From NCBI GenBank assembly GCA_965219415.1, contig OZ244742.1, positions 1,984,001-2,048,000 on the forward strand: a stretch of 64,000 bases of DNA, written 5' to 3'. The notes beneath the pieces are model-generated. The model was not told the origin of the DNA. It saw nothing but the letters and a program-made list of their open reading frames with translations, and did no database searches. Within the stretch, counting starts at the first letter, position 1, and each line of letters opens with the position of its first letter. The position numbers and the translations under genes are program-made. This document shows, one piece after another, positions 9,955 to 19,297 of this stretch. The DNA comes from Candidatus Marinacidobacterales bacterium. Its GTDB lineage: Bacteria; Acidobacteriota; Vicinamibacteria; Marinacidobacterales; DATDRI01.

Positions 9955-11321
9955 GGATCCGTCCCGCTTCCCGTGGAAATAAGAATGGCGTAACCTCCGG
10001 TTAAGCAAAACGAAACCGCGCCTGGAAAGGCAGGAGGAGGATTACGCCATGAAGAAGCCTACCACCATATTGAAGGAGTCTGTAAGCGAGTACCGGGAGT
10101 TCGTCCAACTTCGGCTGCGTATGCGGGTACTGGAGGCGATCGAGGTTGTGCTCGAGGAAGAAGTCGACCAAGCGCTGGGGTGTTGTAGCTACGAGCGTGC
10201 GAAAGACCGCCGTGGATATCGCAACGGAGCCGAAACCCGTCGCGTGACGACGTCGGTGGGAACTCGCGAGCTCCGGGTGCCACGAGCCCGCGTGCGAGAC
10301 GAGGAAACGGGAGAAACGACAGAGTTCAGGAGCGATCTGTTGCCCCGGTACGCGCGCCGGACTCGTGAGGTCGACGAGGCGCTCTTGGGGACGTACTTGT
10401 CGGGCGCGAATAGCCGCCGGGTCCGCAAAGCGCTGAAACCACTGCTCGGTGAGGAGCACCTATCGAAGAGCGCGGTGTCTCGCGTGGTTAGCCGGCTGAA
10501 GGAGCGCTTCGAGGAATGGCAGAACCGTGCTCTCAGCGAGGAGGTCTACGCGATCGTTTACCTGGACGGCTTCCACCTGAAAGTGCGGATGGCGAAACGT
10601 GTGATCAGCGTACCCGTACTGGCCGCGCTCGGGGTCGCGCCAGACGGGCACAAACGTCTGTTGTCATTGCGTCTGGCGGTGAGCGAAGCCTCGACGCATT
10701 GGGGCTCCGTACTGGAGGGACTCCAGGCTCGAGGACTCCGGGCTCCCAAGCTAGTGATCAGCGACGGCCACAAGGGGCTGACGAAAGCGCTGGAGAAGTG
10801 GCCGGGGTGCCGGTTGCAGCGATGTACCGAGCACAAGCGCGCCAACTTGCTCCAACATTGCCCGGCGCACGCACGCCGTGAGCTCCGGCGTGACTACAAC
10901 CGGATCGTCTACGCCAAGAACGGGTTCGATGCTCGCAAAGCCTATGACGAGCTCGTCGCCAAGTGGACGCCTCTCGCGCCGGCCGTCGTCCGAAGCCTAG
11001 AGGAGGCCGGTAATCAGCTGCTGACCTTCTACGAATTCCCTCGTGCCATGTGGAAATCGTTTCGAACGACCAAAGCTCTGGAGAATCTCAACCGCGAGTT
11101 TCGACGCCGGACGAAAACCCAAGCGTCGTTCTCCAGCGAGGAGTCCGCGGTCGCTTTGCTGTTTGGGCTTATCGCCTCTGGCCAGATTCAACTACGACGC
11201 ATCGACGGCTACCAACGTCTGAGCGAGGTTCTCGAACACGCGAAGGTTGCCGCCTGATATGACACTCTGATGACGGGAGTGGAGGGTGCCGTTCTTTTTC
11301 CACGGACCTCGGGACACATCC
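9955..11321 (+). mobile_element. IS256-family element (copy 1)
   Basis: 25-bp IRs GGATCCGTCCCGCTTCCCGTGGAAA / TTTCCACGGACCTCGGGACACATCC; imperfect 8-bp TSD CGAAGTCG (9947-9954) / CGAATCCG (11322-11329). Confidence 0.88.
10049..11257 (+). CDS. IS256 (Mutator-type) transposase
   Basis: YRNG, LRVPRAR, YLDG, ISDGHKGL, QRCTEH and ENLNREFRRRTK motifs. Confidence 0.96.
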   Translation: MKKPTTILKESVSEYREFVQLRLRMRVLEAIEVVLEEEVDQALGCCSYERAKDRRGYRNGAETRRVTTSVGTRELRVPRARVRDEETGETTEFRSDLLPRYARRTREVDEALLGTYLSGANSRRVRKALKPLLGEEHLSKSAVSRVVSRLKERFEEWQNRALSEEVYAIVYLDGFHLKVRMAKRVISVPVLAALGVAPDGHKRLLSLRLAVSEASTHWGSVLEGLQARGLRAPKLVISDGHKGLTKALEKWPGCRLQRCTEHKRANLLQHCPAHARRELRRDYNRIVYAKNGFDARKAYDELVAKWTPLAPAVVRSLEEAGNQLLTFYEFPRAMWKSFRTTKALENLNREFRRRTKTQASFSSEESAVALLFGLIASGQIQLRRIDGYQRLSEVLEHAKVAA

Positions 11322-11359
11322 CGAATCCGCGTAAACCCAGGCTTCATACTATAGCTCCG

Positions 11360-12046
11360 CTAGGCCAAGGTCTTGCGCGCCTTTCGAAACACGCGGTGAA
11401 ACATCGCTCGGGTGAGCTTTCCGGTGAACGTGTTTTGTTGGCTCGGATGGTAGCTTCCGAGGAGCAAGATCCCACCTTCCAGCGTGGTTGCGCTACCGTG
11501 ACCGAACTGCGGCCTCGGCTTCATCGCCGGGTGTCCCGCCTCTTGCCAAGCAGCGAGAAACGCGTCGAAACCAATTCGGCCGAGCGCGATGACCACCCGC
11601 ACTCGTGTGAGCAGAGCGAGCTCCGCGACCAGATAGGGCCGGCAGCGGATGAACTCTTCTCGCGTAGGCCTGTTGGCCGGAGGAGCACATCGTACCGCCG
11701 CGGAAATGAACGTGTCACGGAGCTCGAGCCCATCGTTCCGTTCGATCGAGCTCGCTTGACTGGCGAAACCGAAACGATGCAAGGCCTCATAGAGCCAGTC
11801 GCCACTTCTATCACCGGTGAACATTCTTCCGGTTCGATTCGCCCCGTGGGCCGCCGGAGCCAGCCCGACAATGAGAAGCCGCGCGCGCGCATCTCCGAAA
11901 CTGGGCACCGGTTTGCCCCAGTAGTCCTGGGTGGCGAAACGGCGCGTCTTGACACGCGCAATGTGCTCACGGTGATCCACCAGTCGGGGGCAGAGTCGGC
12001 AGTCGACGATCCTTCGTTCCACCGTGGCGAGAGATTCTTTCTTCAT
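11360..12046 (-). CDS. udgB: uracil-DNA glycosylase family 5 (Fe-S)
   Basis: CRLCPRL, GLAPAAHGANRTGRMFTGDRSG and SYHPSQQNT motifs. Confidence 0.93.
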   Translation of the reverse strand: MKKESLATVERRIVDCRLCPRLVDHREHIARVKTRRFATQDYWGKPVPSFGDARARLLIVGLAPAAHGANRTGRMFTGDRSGDWLYEALHRFGFASQASSIERNDGLELRDTFISAAVRCAPPANRPTREEFIRCRPYLVAELALLTRVRVVIALGRIGFDAFLAAWQEAGHPAMKPRPQFGHGSATTLEGGILLLGSYHPSQQNTFTGKLTRAMFHRVFRKARKTLA

Positions 12047-12197
12047 AGGTCAGCGTTATCTTAGCGCCGGGCAACGACCAGTTGAAGTACGAGGCCATTT
12101 TAGGCGAAGCTGGCCAAAGCAGATGAGCGACTCTTCCGATAGATGGAGCGAAGACGACTCGGCGCTTTACCGAGAGCTCTCTTCCGTCGCCGTTCCC

Positions 12198-13632
12198 GAA
12201 AGTGTGCCAATCTTAGTTGGGAATTGAAACGGTTCCAAACCCCGTGGTTTGATGGCGTTGGACAAAACAAAATCAAGCCGCGAAGAAAGGAGCCGAGATG
12301 GGAAGTCTGCTACGTTCGGTCAAGAAACGCAAGAAGTCGCGTCGTTTGGGTGAGGTCGAGATGGTGAGGCACGAGGATTACGGGGAACTCGTGCTGGACG
12401 CCAAGGTAGAGATGATCCGTTGGTTGGTCCCCCTTGGTCTAATGCACGTTCACGAGTTGCTCGACGACGAAGTGAAGGCGTTGGCGGGAGAGCGATACTC
12501 TCGCAAGGACGAGCTGGAGCGCGGTCGCCGTCCCGGAAGCAACCCGGGCACGGTAGGGCTTGGCGGCCAGCGGGTACCGATCCGTGTGCCACGGGTTCGG
12601 AGCATCGAGGGAGGAGAGATTCCGCTTCGCTGCTACGAGGCGGTGAGCCACGGCGGTGAGGTGAATGATCTTCTGCTGAAACGAGTTCTCTACGGAATCT
12701 CTTGTCGCAACTACGAGGCGGCAGCGGAAGCGATTCCGGGCGCCATCGGGCTGTCGAGCTCAACGGTGTCCCGAGGGTTCGTGCAAGCGAGCGCTGCGAA
12801 GCTGCGGGAGATGCAGGAACGGGATCTGACCGGCGAGGATGTGGTGGCGCTGTTTCTGGATGGGAAGACATTCGCCGAGGCAACGATGGTCGTGGCTCTG
12901 GCCATCACGCTTTGCGGGGAAAAACGCTTCTTGGGCTTCGTGGAGACGGACACGGAGAACGCGCAGGTGTTGACGCCGTTCCTGCGTTCACTGCTCGAGC
13001 GGGGACTCGATATCTCCCAGGGTCTGCTGGTGATCATCGACGGCGGCAAGGGTCTCCAAGCGGCAGTCAAGAAGGCATTCCGTAAGCGGGCCCTGATACA
13101 ACGCTGCCAGTGGCACAAACGTGAAAACGTAGTGAGCTACCTGTCCAAGGGCGAGCAGGCGTCATGGCGCAAGCGGCTCCAGTGGGCCTACAACAGGCCG
13201 GAGTACGAAGAGGCCCTCACTGCGCTCGAGCAACTCCACGGTGAGTTAGAAGAGCGGAACCAATCCGCAGCTGGCAGCCTGGAGGAAGGCCTCGAGGAGA
13301 CGCTGACGTTGCATCGACTCGGCGTGCACGCGGTGCTGGGCCGTTCGTTCAAGACGACGAACTGCCTTGAGTCCGTCAATGCTCTCGTCGAGGAACGCTG
13401 CGCGAAGGTCGACCACTGGAAGAACTCGAGCCAACGCCAGCGCTGGTTGGCAACGGCGCTCGTAGACATCGAACCGCGCTTGAGGAAGGTGGTGGGCTAC
13501 CGCCATCTTCCCAAGCTTCGCGAAGCTCTCAAGCGGGAACTGAAGATCGAGGCGAAGACGTCAACCGTATCGAAGAAGAAGGTCGCTTAAACGTGAGCCG
13601 TGGAGAGTTTCAACTAAGAATGGGCTTGACTC
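12198..13632 (+). mobile_element. IS256-family element (copy 2)
   Basis: IRs GAAAGTGTGCCAATCTTAGTTG / CAACTAAGAATGGGCTTGACTC; perfect 8-bp TSD CCGTTCCC at 12190-12197 and 13633-13640. Confidence 0.93.
12298..13590 (+). CDS. IS256-family transposase
   Basis: FLDGK, IIDGGKGL, QRCQWHK and TTNCLESVN motifs. Confidence 0.95.
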   Translation: MGSLLRSVKKRKKSRRLGEVEMVRHEDYGELVLDAKVEMIRWLVPLGLMHVHELLDDEVKALAGERYSRKDELERGRRPGSNPGTVGLGGQRVPIRVPRVRSIEGGEIPLRCYEAVSHGGEVNDLLLKRVLYGISCRNYEAAAEAIPGAIGLSSSTVSRGFVQASAAKLREMQERDLTGEDVVALFLDGKTFAEATMVVALAITLCGEKRFLGFVETDTENAQVLTPFLRSLLERGLDISQGLLVIIDGGKGLQAAVKKAFRKRALIQRCQWHKRENVVSYLSKGEQASWRKRLQWAYNRPEYEEALTALEQLHGELEERNQSAAGSLEEGLEETLTLHRLGVHAVLGRSFKTTNCLESVNALVEERCAKVDHWKNSSQRQRWLATALVDIEPRLRKVVGYRHLPKLREALKRELKIEAKTSTVSKKKVA

Positions 13633-14365
13633 CCGTTCCCGCACGTGAGGAGCAAATCGCGACGGTCTTGACGCTCTTGCCGTTCACACCCGCAGACAAG
13701 TTCCGTGCGGTGGAGATCGGCTCGGGGTCGGGAACGCTGAGTCATGCGCTGCTCGACTGTTTTCCCGAGGCAACGCTGGTTGCACTCGACGGCTCGGAAA
13801 GCATGCGCTCCCACGCAACGACGCGGCTCAGTTCATTCGGTGACCGGTTTTCGGTCCAAGCGTTCGAGCTCGGCGCCAGCGATTGGCATCCTTCCCTGGA
13901 CTCCGCGGACGCGGTCGTCTCTTCTCTATGCATCCATCACCTTTCCGGAGAAGACAAGCGGCGCCTTTACGCAGCAATCTCCCAGCGAATCTCGCCGAGA
14001 GGAGCGCTCGTCATAGCCGACCTCGTGGAGCCTCAACGACCCCAGGGCCGTGAGGTCTTCGCCGCAGGTTGGGACCGCGCCGTGAAGGAAAGTGCCGCTG
14101 GGCGATCTGGAGCGCTCTTCGAGCGCTTCGTGACCGAGGAGTGGAACTACTACCGGTTCCCTGATGCGAGCGATCAACCCTCGTCCCTGATCGACCAGTT
14201 GACATGGCTGAAGCAGGCGGGATTCGAGGTGGTCGATTGCTTCTGGCTCCAGGCTGGCCATGCCATCTTCGGCGGCTACAAGTCCCGCTCCGGCGCCGAC
14301 TCGTCCCTGGAGTTTTCCGCGGCACTCCGCTCCGCTCGAAAGGCCTCCAACAAAACAACTTAACC

Positions 14366-14489
14366 CGGGGTCAGATCGGCGCCTGGCCACGTTGATTGGT
14401 AGCACCTCCGTGTCTTGGCGCCCCCACGGCAGGGTCTGGCGCCCCCACGGCAGGGTCGGATCCAAAAATGTGACACGGGTCTGACCCCG
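14366..14489. repeat. 124-bp intergenic element with 10-bp terminal IRs and an internal 21-bp tandem duplication
   Basis: CGGGGTCAGA (14366) / TCTGACCCCG (14480-14489); TGGCGCCCCCACGGCAGGGTC x2 at 14416-14457. Confidence 0.7.
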
Positions 14490-14610
14490 TTTGCGGACGC
14501 CCATTTGCGTTTTCGCCTTCGGCTGCTTAATCTGGTGGCAAGTAATCAGCGCGCCCCAAAGGTCGGGCCTAACCCGCCTGTAACTGCCCTCTTCCGGGAG
14601 AAGAAGTCTC

Positions 14611-16097
14611 GTGGATCTCGTAGGTCAATTATTGGGGTCGTATCGCCTCCAAGCGCTGATCGGTCAAGGCGGCACCGCGGAAGTCTATTCCGCCCAACAC
14701 CCCTCCCTACACCGCCAGGTCGCCATCAAGGTACTGGCTAAGGAAATCAGCGAAGACCCCGACTGGGTGCGTAGATTTCGCCAAGAAGTCAACCCTTCTG
14801 GAACGCCTCGACCATCCGAACATCCTCCCGATCTACGACACCGGAGAGTTCGACGGACGCCCGTTTTTTGTCATGAAGTACATCGAGAACAGCGAGACGT
14901 TGCGCCAGCAACTCGACGGCGCTCCGTGGCCTCTCGACCGGGCGGTCAGGGTACTCCCGCAGGTTGCGGAAGCACTCCATGCGGACCACGAAGCGGGCGT
15001 CGTGCACCGGGACGTCAAACCCTCGAACATCCTAGTGACCCCAGAGCTACAAGTGCCTGGTCTTCGATTTCGGGATTGCGAAACCGATGGAGCGACGGGA
15101 TCCTGTGACCGGAAAGGGCCTCATCATCGGCACGCCGGAGTACATGTCACCCGAGCAGTGCCAGGGAAGCCGAATCGATCACCGTACCGATATCTACTCA
15201 TTGGGTATCTTGGCCTACGAGTTGTTCACCGGCGATGTTCCCTTCACCGGAGAGACCGCGGTGAGCATTCTGATGAGACACGTCACCGAGCCGCTACCCC
15301 CGCCAAGCGAGGAGCTGGCCTTACCGCCGGCTCTCATTCGTGTCATTCGGCGCGCAACGGCTCCGTCCCCCGACGATCGCTATTCATCTGCTCGAGAGAT
15401 GGGCCGGGCCATCCTTCGTGCGGCGGAAGGTTCCCCCACCGTCACGGTCCGCGCGAAGTCACTCGTGGGAACGATGGCGCGGTGGCGAAGACGCGCCCCT
15501 CGGATCAGCGGCCGTGCAGCACTTTTCTTCTTCTCCGCCCTCGCGCTGGGTGTTGTGGGGACGATCGTAGTCGAAAGCCGATTGCCCGCTCCGCCCGAAC
15601 CACCGCCGACGAGACAGACCCCGGCGCAGTCCGGCACCGATCTTTCGGTGAAGCGGACCCACCCTGCGGAAAGTCATCGGCCAGCAGAAAAACCCTTCAT
15701 CCCTCCACGCGAGAATCGGGTCTTCAACAAAAGTACCGAACCGGGCTCGGGCTCGAACGGCCCCACGCGGGAAGCCCAAAGGCAGCGCAGAGCCGGGGTC
15801 GGCGCCCCGGTTTTCGAGTCCACCGCCACAAACACCATCAATTTGGAGCCACCGCGACGATGGCAAGGTTTCCTAACCGACAGCAACTGCGCCGAGAAGG
15901 GGGGGCAGCAAGGCGCGCTACACGTGAGGTGCGCCGAACGCTGCGTTCGCGAAGGCGCGCAACCGATGCTCTACTCTCGCGGAAAACTCTACAAGATTGA
16001 AGGATTCTCGAACATCACCGTCCGCTGTGGAGAACCGTTATCCTTCAAAGGTTGGTTGACTCCCGAAACCAACACCATTATCGCAGCTCCCGATTAG
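14611..16097 (+). pseudogene. membrane Ser/Thr protein kinase (Hanks type), two frameshifts
   Basis: IGQGGTAEVY and VAIKVL in frame 1; HRDVKPSN in frame 2; DFG, GTPEYMSPEQ, DIYSLG, a TM segment and a C-terminal Cys/His domain in frame 3; shifts near 14795 and 15050. Confidence 0.88.
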
Positions 16098-16103
16098 CCA
16101 CAC

Positions 16104-17379
16104 CTAGAACGCGACCTCCGCCTGCAGCCCGACCAGGTTCGGGCGGCCGCGGTTTCGAAATCCAAGCTCCAACGTCAGTTTGAAGTTGGAGTGGATCCAT
16201 ATCATGCCCCCCGGGAACACACCGACGAAAGTCTCGTTGGGCAATGCCGTTTGGCCGGGCGGCCGGCTAACCAGATCGACCCGGGTAGAGAGATTCAGGA
16301 AATCGCGGACAAAGTAGTTTGCCTGCAGGAATCCCCCGGTGAAGCTGAGAGTTTCGCCGGTTCCATCGGGGCTAGCCGCATCGGCGATGGAGTTGGAGTT
16401 GCTGCCGTACATGAAGACCCCATACAGGTTCCAGTCACCGAAGTAGAAGGAACCGTCTAAACCAAGCCTCAGCAGATCGTCCTCCCAAACAGCCACCTGA
16501 TTCGGGATTTCGCGAGCCAGAGTATTGCCGGCAAGATATGCAAACAGCCCCACCCGGTTCTCGCCGAGATAATGAGCGAAACGACCAAAGGCGGCCGGAT
16601 CGAATCCGTCGCTCTCACCGGCGAATTCCTCCGCGCTCCGGGCGTCGACCACGCTCACCGACCAGTGAGTCTCATCGTCGACGAAGCCGCCGACTTCGGC
16701 TCCGTCGTGATGCTCACCGACGTTATCGACTTCGAACCCGGTGTTAGCCAAATAGATGTCGTATCCGAAAAGGTTGGGCGTCCGGGCCTGCGAGAAGGGG
16801 AGATCGAACTCTATCCTCCCTCCTCGGACGTACAGATCCTCCGGTAGGACATCGACGCGCACCCAGGCGTTGTCCATCCCCACGCTGTGGAATCCATCTC
16901 CATCCACCGCTCAGATGTAATCGACCCAGTATGCGATGTGGGAACCCATGCTGCCGGCGGCGCTTACCACGTCGATGAACCCGTCGGTCGTTGCGTCCCC
17001 ATCCTCGACGAATGTCTGATTCGCCCCGGCCCTCAAACTGACCGGTACCGACTTCAGCCAGTCGTTGACGGTATTCGTTTCGTCCTCCAGCCGGAAGCCC
17101 CGATCACGGAAACGCTGACCGATCGGACTCAACCGGGGGTAGCCGTCGTGACAAAAGTGACAGGGCAAGCCGTATTGACGCGCAAAGGCGGGTATCGCCC
17201 CGACCGGCGGAGCTTCCGACCAAACCAACCGGGATTATGCACTTGAAGCAAATTAATTTGCTTCAAGTGCATAATCCTGAAACCAACAGCGCCAGCAGCA
17301 CCACCCGAAGAATGGTCCAGCGGTTCCTGGTTGGAAGGTTGAGAGCCTCCCCCTCGGAGGCCGCGCTCCGCCCCTGCAA
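16104..17379 (-). pseudogene. outer-membrane beta-barrel protein with N-terminal monoheme CxxCH, disrupted by an in-frame TGA and a palindromic insertion
   Basis: AIPAFARQYGLPCHFCH...PRL...G..F motif; ORFs 16911-17228 and 16104-16907 share a frame; C-terminal Phe (QAEVAF); 5' start uncertain. Confidence 0.8.
17230..17279. mobile_element. 50-bp palindromic miniature insertion (MITE-like) with 8-bp TSD
   Basis: Perfect 46-bp palindrome GGATTATGCACTTGAAGCAAATTAATTTGCTTCAAGTGCATAATCC (17232-17277) flanked by AAACCAAC at 17222-17229 and 17280-17287; removal restores the signal peptide frame. Confidence 0.88.
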
Positions 17380-17556
17380 TTTTCTCTGTCTATTCACGCG
17401 ATCCTTCTCAAAAGAAGGAAGTTGTCAGGTTAATTTTGACTGGAGATCACGCTACGATTATAGCAGGTCAGGCGCCCGACGCCATCTCGGTCGGGCCATT
17501 TGCAGAGGGAGGCCCACGTAAGACACAATGCCCTCACAGAATAACCGGAGGGTGCC

Positions 17557-17991
17557 ATGAGTTTATTGAAAATCGCGAGTGTACCCGCAGCTACTGTGTC
17601 CCCCCAATCGACGGTCACCGAGGCCGTCCAAATGATGAACGACAAAAGGGTTGGCGCGGTGGCAGTGGTCGATAACGACAAGCTCGTAGGGATATTCACC
17701 GAACGGGACGTCATGATCCGCGTCGTCCTCGCTAGCAAGGATCCCAAGGCAACCGTCATGTCAGACGTCATGACGCGGGAAGTAGAGACCGCGGCGGCAG
17801 ACATGCCGTATGGGGATTGTTTGCGTGTCATGGTAGAGCGACATTTCCGGCACTTGCCGGTCATCGACTCGGGCAACCGCGTTGGCGGGATCCTGTCGGT
17901 GCGGGATCTACTCCAGCACGCGGTCGAGGATCTGAGTGAACAGCTCGATTCGATGGTGAAGTACTTTAGCGCCGACGGCGCGGGAGGCTAA
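17557..17991 (+). CDS. tandem CBS-domain protein
   Basis: LVGIFTERD and FRHLPVID motifs; GGAGG RBS. Confidence 0.93.
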   Translation: MSLLKIASVPAATVSPQSTVTEAVQMMNDKRVGAVAVVDNDKLVGIFTERDVMIRVVLASKDPKATVMSDVMTREVETAAADMPYGDCLRVMVERHFRHLPVIDSGNRVGGILSVRDLLQHAVEDLSEQLDSMVKYFSADGAGG

Positions 17992-18081
17992 CGACGGGAT
18001 AAGCACGATCCGATCGTAGCCTCGCCCCTTCCCCCGTCCCGCCCGTTTGCACGATCGCTTTGCCCAATTGGAGGTGTTCGC

Positions 18082-18504
18082 TTGAAAAGCCACACAACCC
18101 ATCTCACTATGAATGTTCCGGCTCGCATGGACTTCGTCAACATCACAAGAGATGTGGAGAATGCCGTCACGGAGAGCGGCGTTCAGGAAGGTCTGTGCCT
18201 AGTCAACGCCATGCATGTAACGGCGTCGGTCTTCATCAACGACGACGAGCCCGGCCTGCACGAAGATTACAAACGTTGGCTCGAGTGGCTCGCTCCTTTC
18301 GACGCGAGCCCCGAGAAGTACCATCACAACCGTACCGGCGAGGACAACGGCGATGCTCACCACAAGCGTCAGGTCATGGGCAGAGAAGTGGTGGTAGCGA
18401 TCACCGAAGGCAAGCTCGATTTCGGCCCGTGGGAACAGATCTTTTACGGTGAGTTCGACGGCCGCAGACCGAAGCGACTGCTCGTCAAGATCCTTGGCGA
18501 GTGA
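18082..18504 (+). CDS. YjbQ/UPF0047-family protein
   Basis: [20 protein letters not shown] and [14 protein letters not shown] motifs. Confidence 0.93.
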   Translation: MKSHTTHLTMNVPARMDFVNITRDVENAVTESGVQEGLCLVNAMHVTASVFINDDEPGLHEDYKRWLEWLAPFDASPEKYHHNRTGEDNGDAHHKRQVMGREVVVAITEGKLDFGPWEQIFYGEFDGRRPKRLLVKILGE

Positions 18505-18515
18505 GGCGTAAACAC

Positions 18516-18551
18516 AAAGGGCGCACGACCCTCGGCCGTGCGCCCTCTTTT
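18516..18551. terminator. intrinsic terminator between convergent genes
   Basis: AGGGCGCACG / CGTGCGCCCT stem followed by CTTTT and preceded by an A-rich tract. Confidence 0.75.
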
Positions 18552-18577
18552 ACTTTGTAGTTGGCTGAACCGCTATC

Positions 18578-19168
18578 TCAAGCCTTGCGTAGCTGTTTTA
18601 CCGCCAGCACGACAAGAACCAACGCTAGAATTAAGAGACCTACCATGAGGCCCGGGCTCATGCCGGTCTCCGCAGCCGCCGCTTCAGCAGTTTCAGCCGC
18701 GGACTCTGCCATCTCTCCCGCGGACTCCGCCATCTCTCCGGCGGTTTCAGCCACGGCATCTGCCATCTCCCCGGCCGCTTCCGCGACGTCCTCTGCTGCC
18801 CCGCTCATCGCTTCCGCAGCCGCGGCCGGCGCCTCGGCTACCTCGGCCATGATCTTGTCTATATCTTCCTCGGCGACTGACGTGGCACCGCCCGTGGTGC
18901 GGATCCTCACACCTGTGAGCTGGTGGCCGGGGCGGAGATCGGCCACGGTGATCTCTTGTCCCTCATGTTGGAATTTGAAGTCACTCGGTACGACGAACGT
19001 TTTGACTCCCTCACCTTCGACGCGCACGACGACCGTGTTGTTGAGAACGCGCAACACTTCACCCTTCTTGATCTCGACGACTTCTGTATCCTGCGCTGCG
19101 ATGGTGTGGGTGAAACCCACCACTAGTACAATCGCAACTACCGCAGCGAAACTGGCTGTTTGTTTCGT
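18578..19168 (-). CDS. secreted, C-terminally membrane-anchored protein with Ala/Glu heptad repeats; start codon appears to be ACG
   Basis: AGGAGG, 5 nt, then ACG in frame with KQTASFAAVVAIVLVVGFTHTIAA signal peptide; AGEMAES 21-bp repeats; C-terminal TM plus basic tail. Confidence 0.75.
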   Translation of the reverse strand, partial: TKQTASFAAVVAIVLVVGFTHTIAAQDTEVVEIKKGEVLRVLNNTVVVRVEGEGVKTFVVPSDFKFQHEGQEITVADLRPGHQLTGVRIRTTGGATSVAEEDIDKIMAEVAEAPAAAAEAMSGAAEDVAEAAGEMADAVAETAGEMAESAGEMAESAAETAEAAAAETGMSPGLMVGLLILALVLVVLAVKQLRKA

Positions 19169-19297
19169 CGCTTCCTCCTATAGAAACCCCCGTGTGAATA
19201 TACCAATTGCGACGTCGATGCAAGCGCCAAGGAATCGCGGCTAGGGCAAGGGCTATGCGACTTTCCCCTCAGGGTCTGATGTGCTAGTTTCACCGCG

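Larger units (their letters stand above)
8580..11338 (-). mobile_element. ISL3-family element carrying a nested IS256 in its transposase-proximal terminal IR
   Basis: End GGGTCTACGCGGATTCGTGTGGGT at 8580 matches ACCCACACGAA[IS256]TCCGCGTAAACCC ending at 11338; flanks AGACTTCA (8572-8579) and AGGCTTCA (11339-11346) form a 7/8 TSD. Confidence 0.88.
12123..14363 (+). pseudogene. class I SAM-dependent methyltransferase interrupted by IS256
   Basis: MSDSSDRWSEDDSALYRELSSVAVP (12123-12197) rejoins AREEQIATVL...EIGSGSG...SSLCIHHL in frame once the IS and one TSD copy are removed. Confidence 0.88.
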
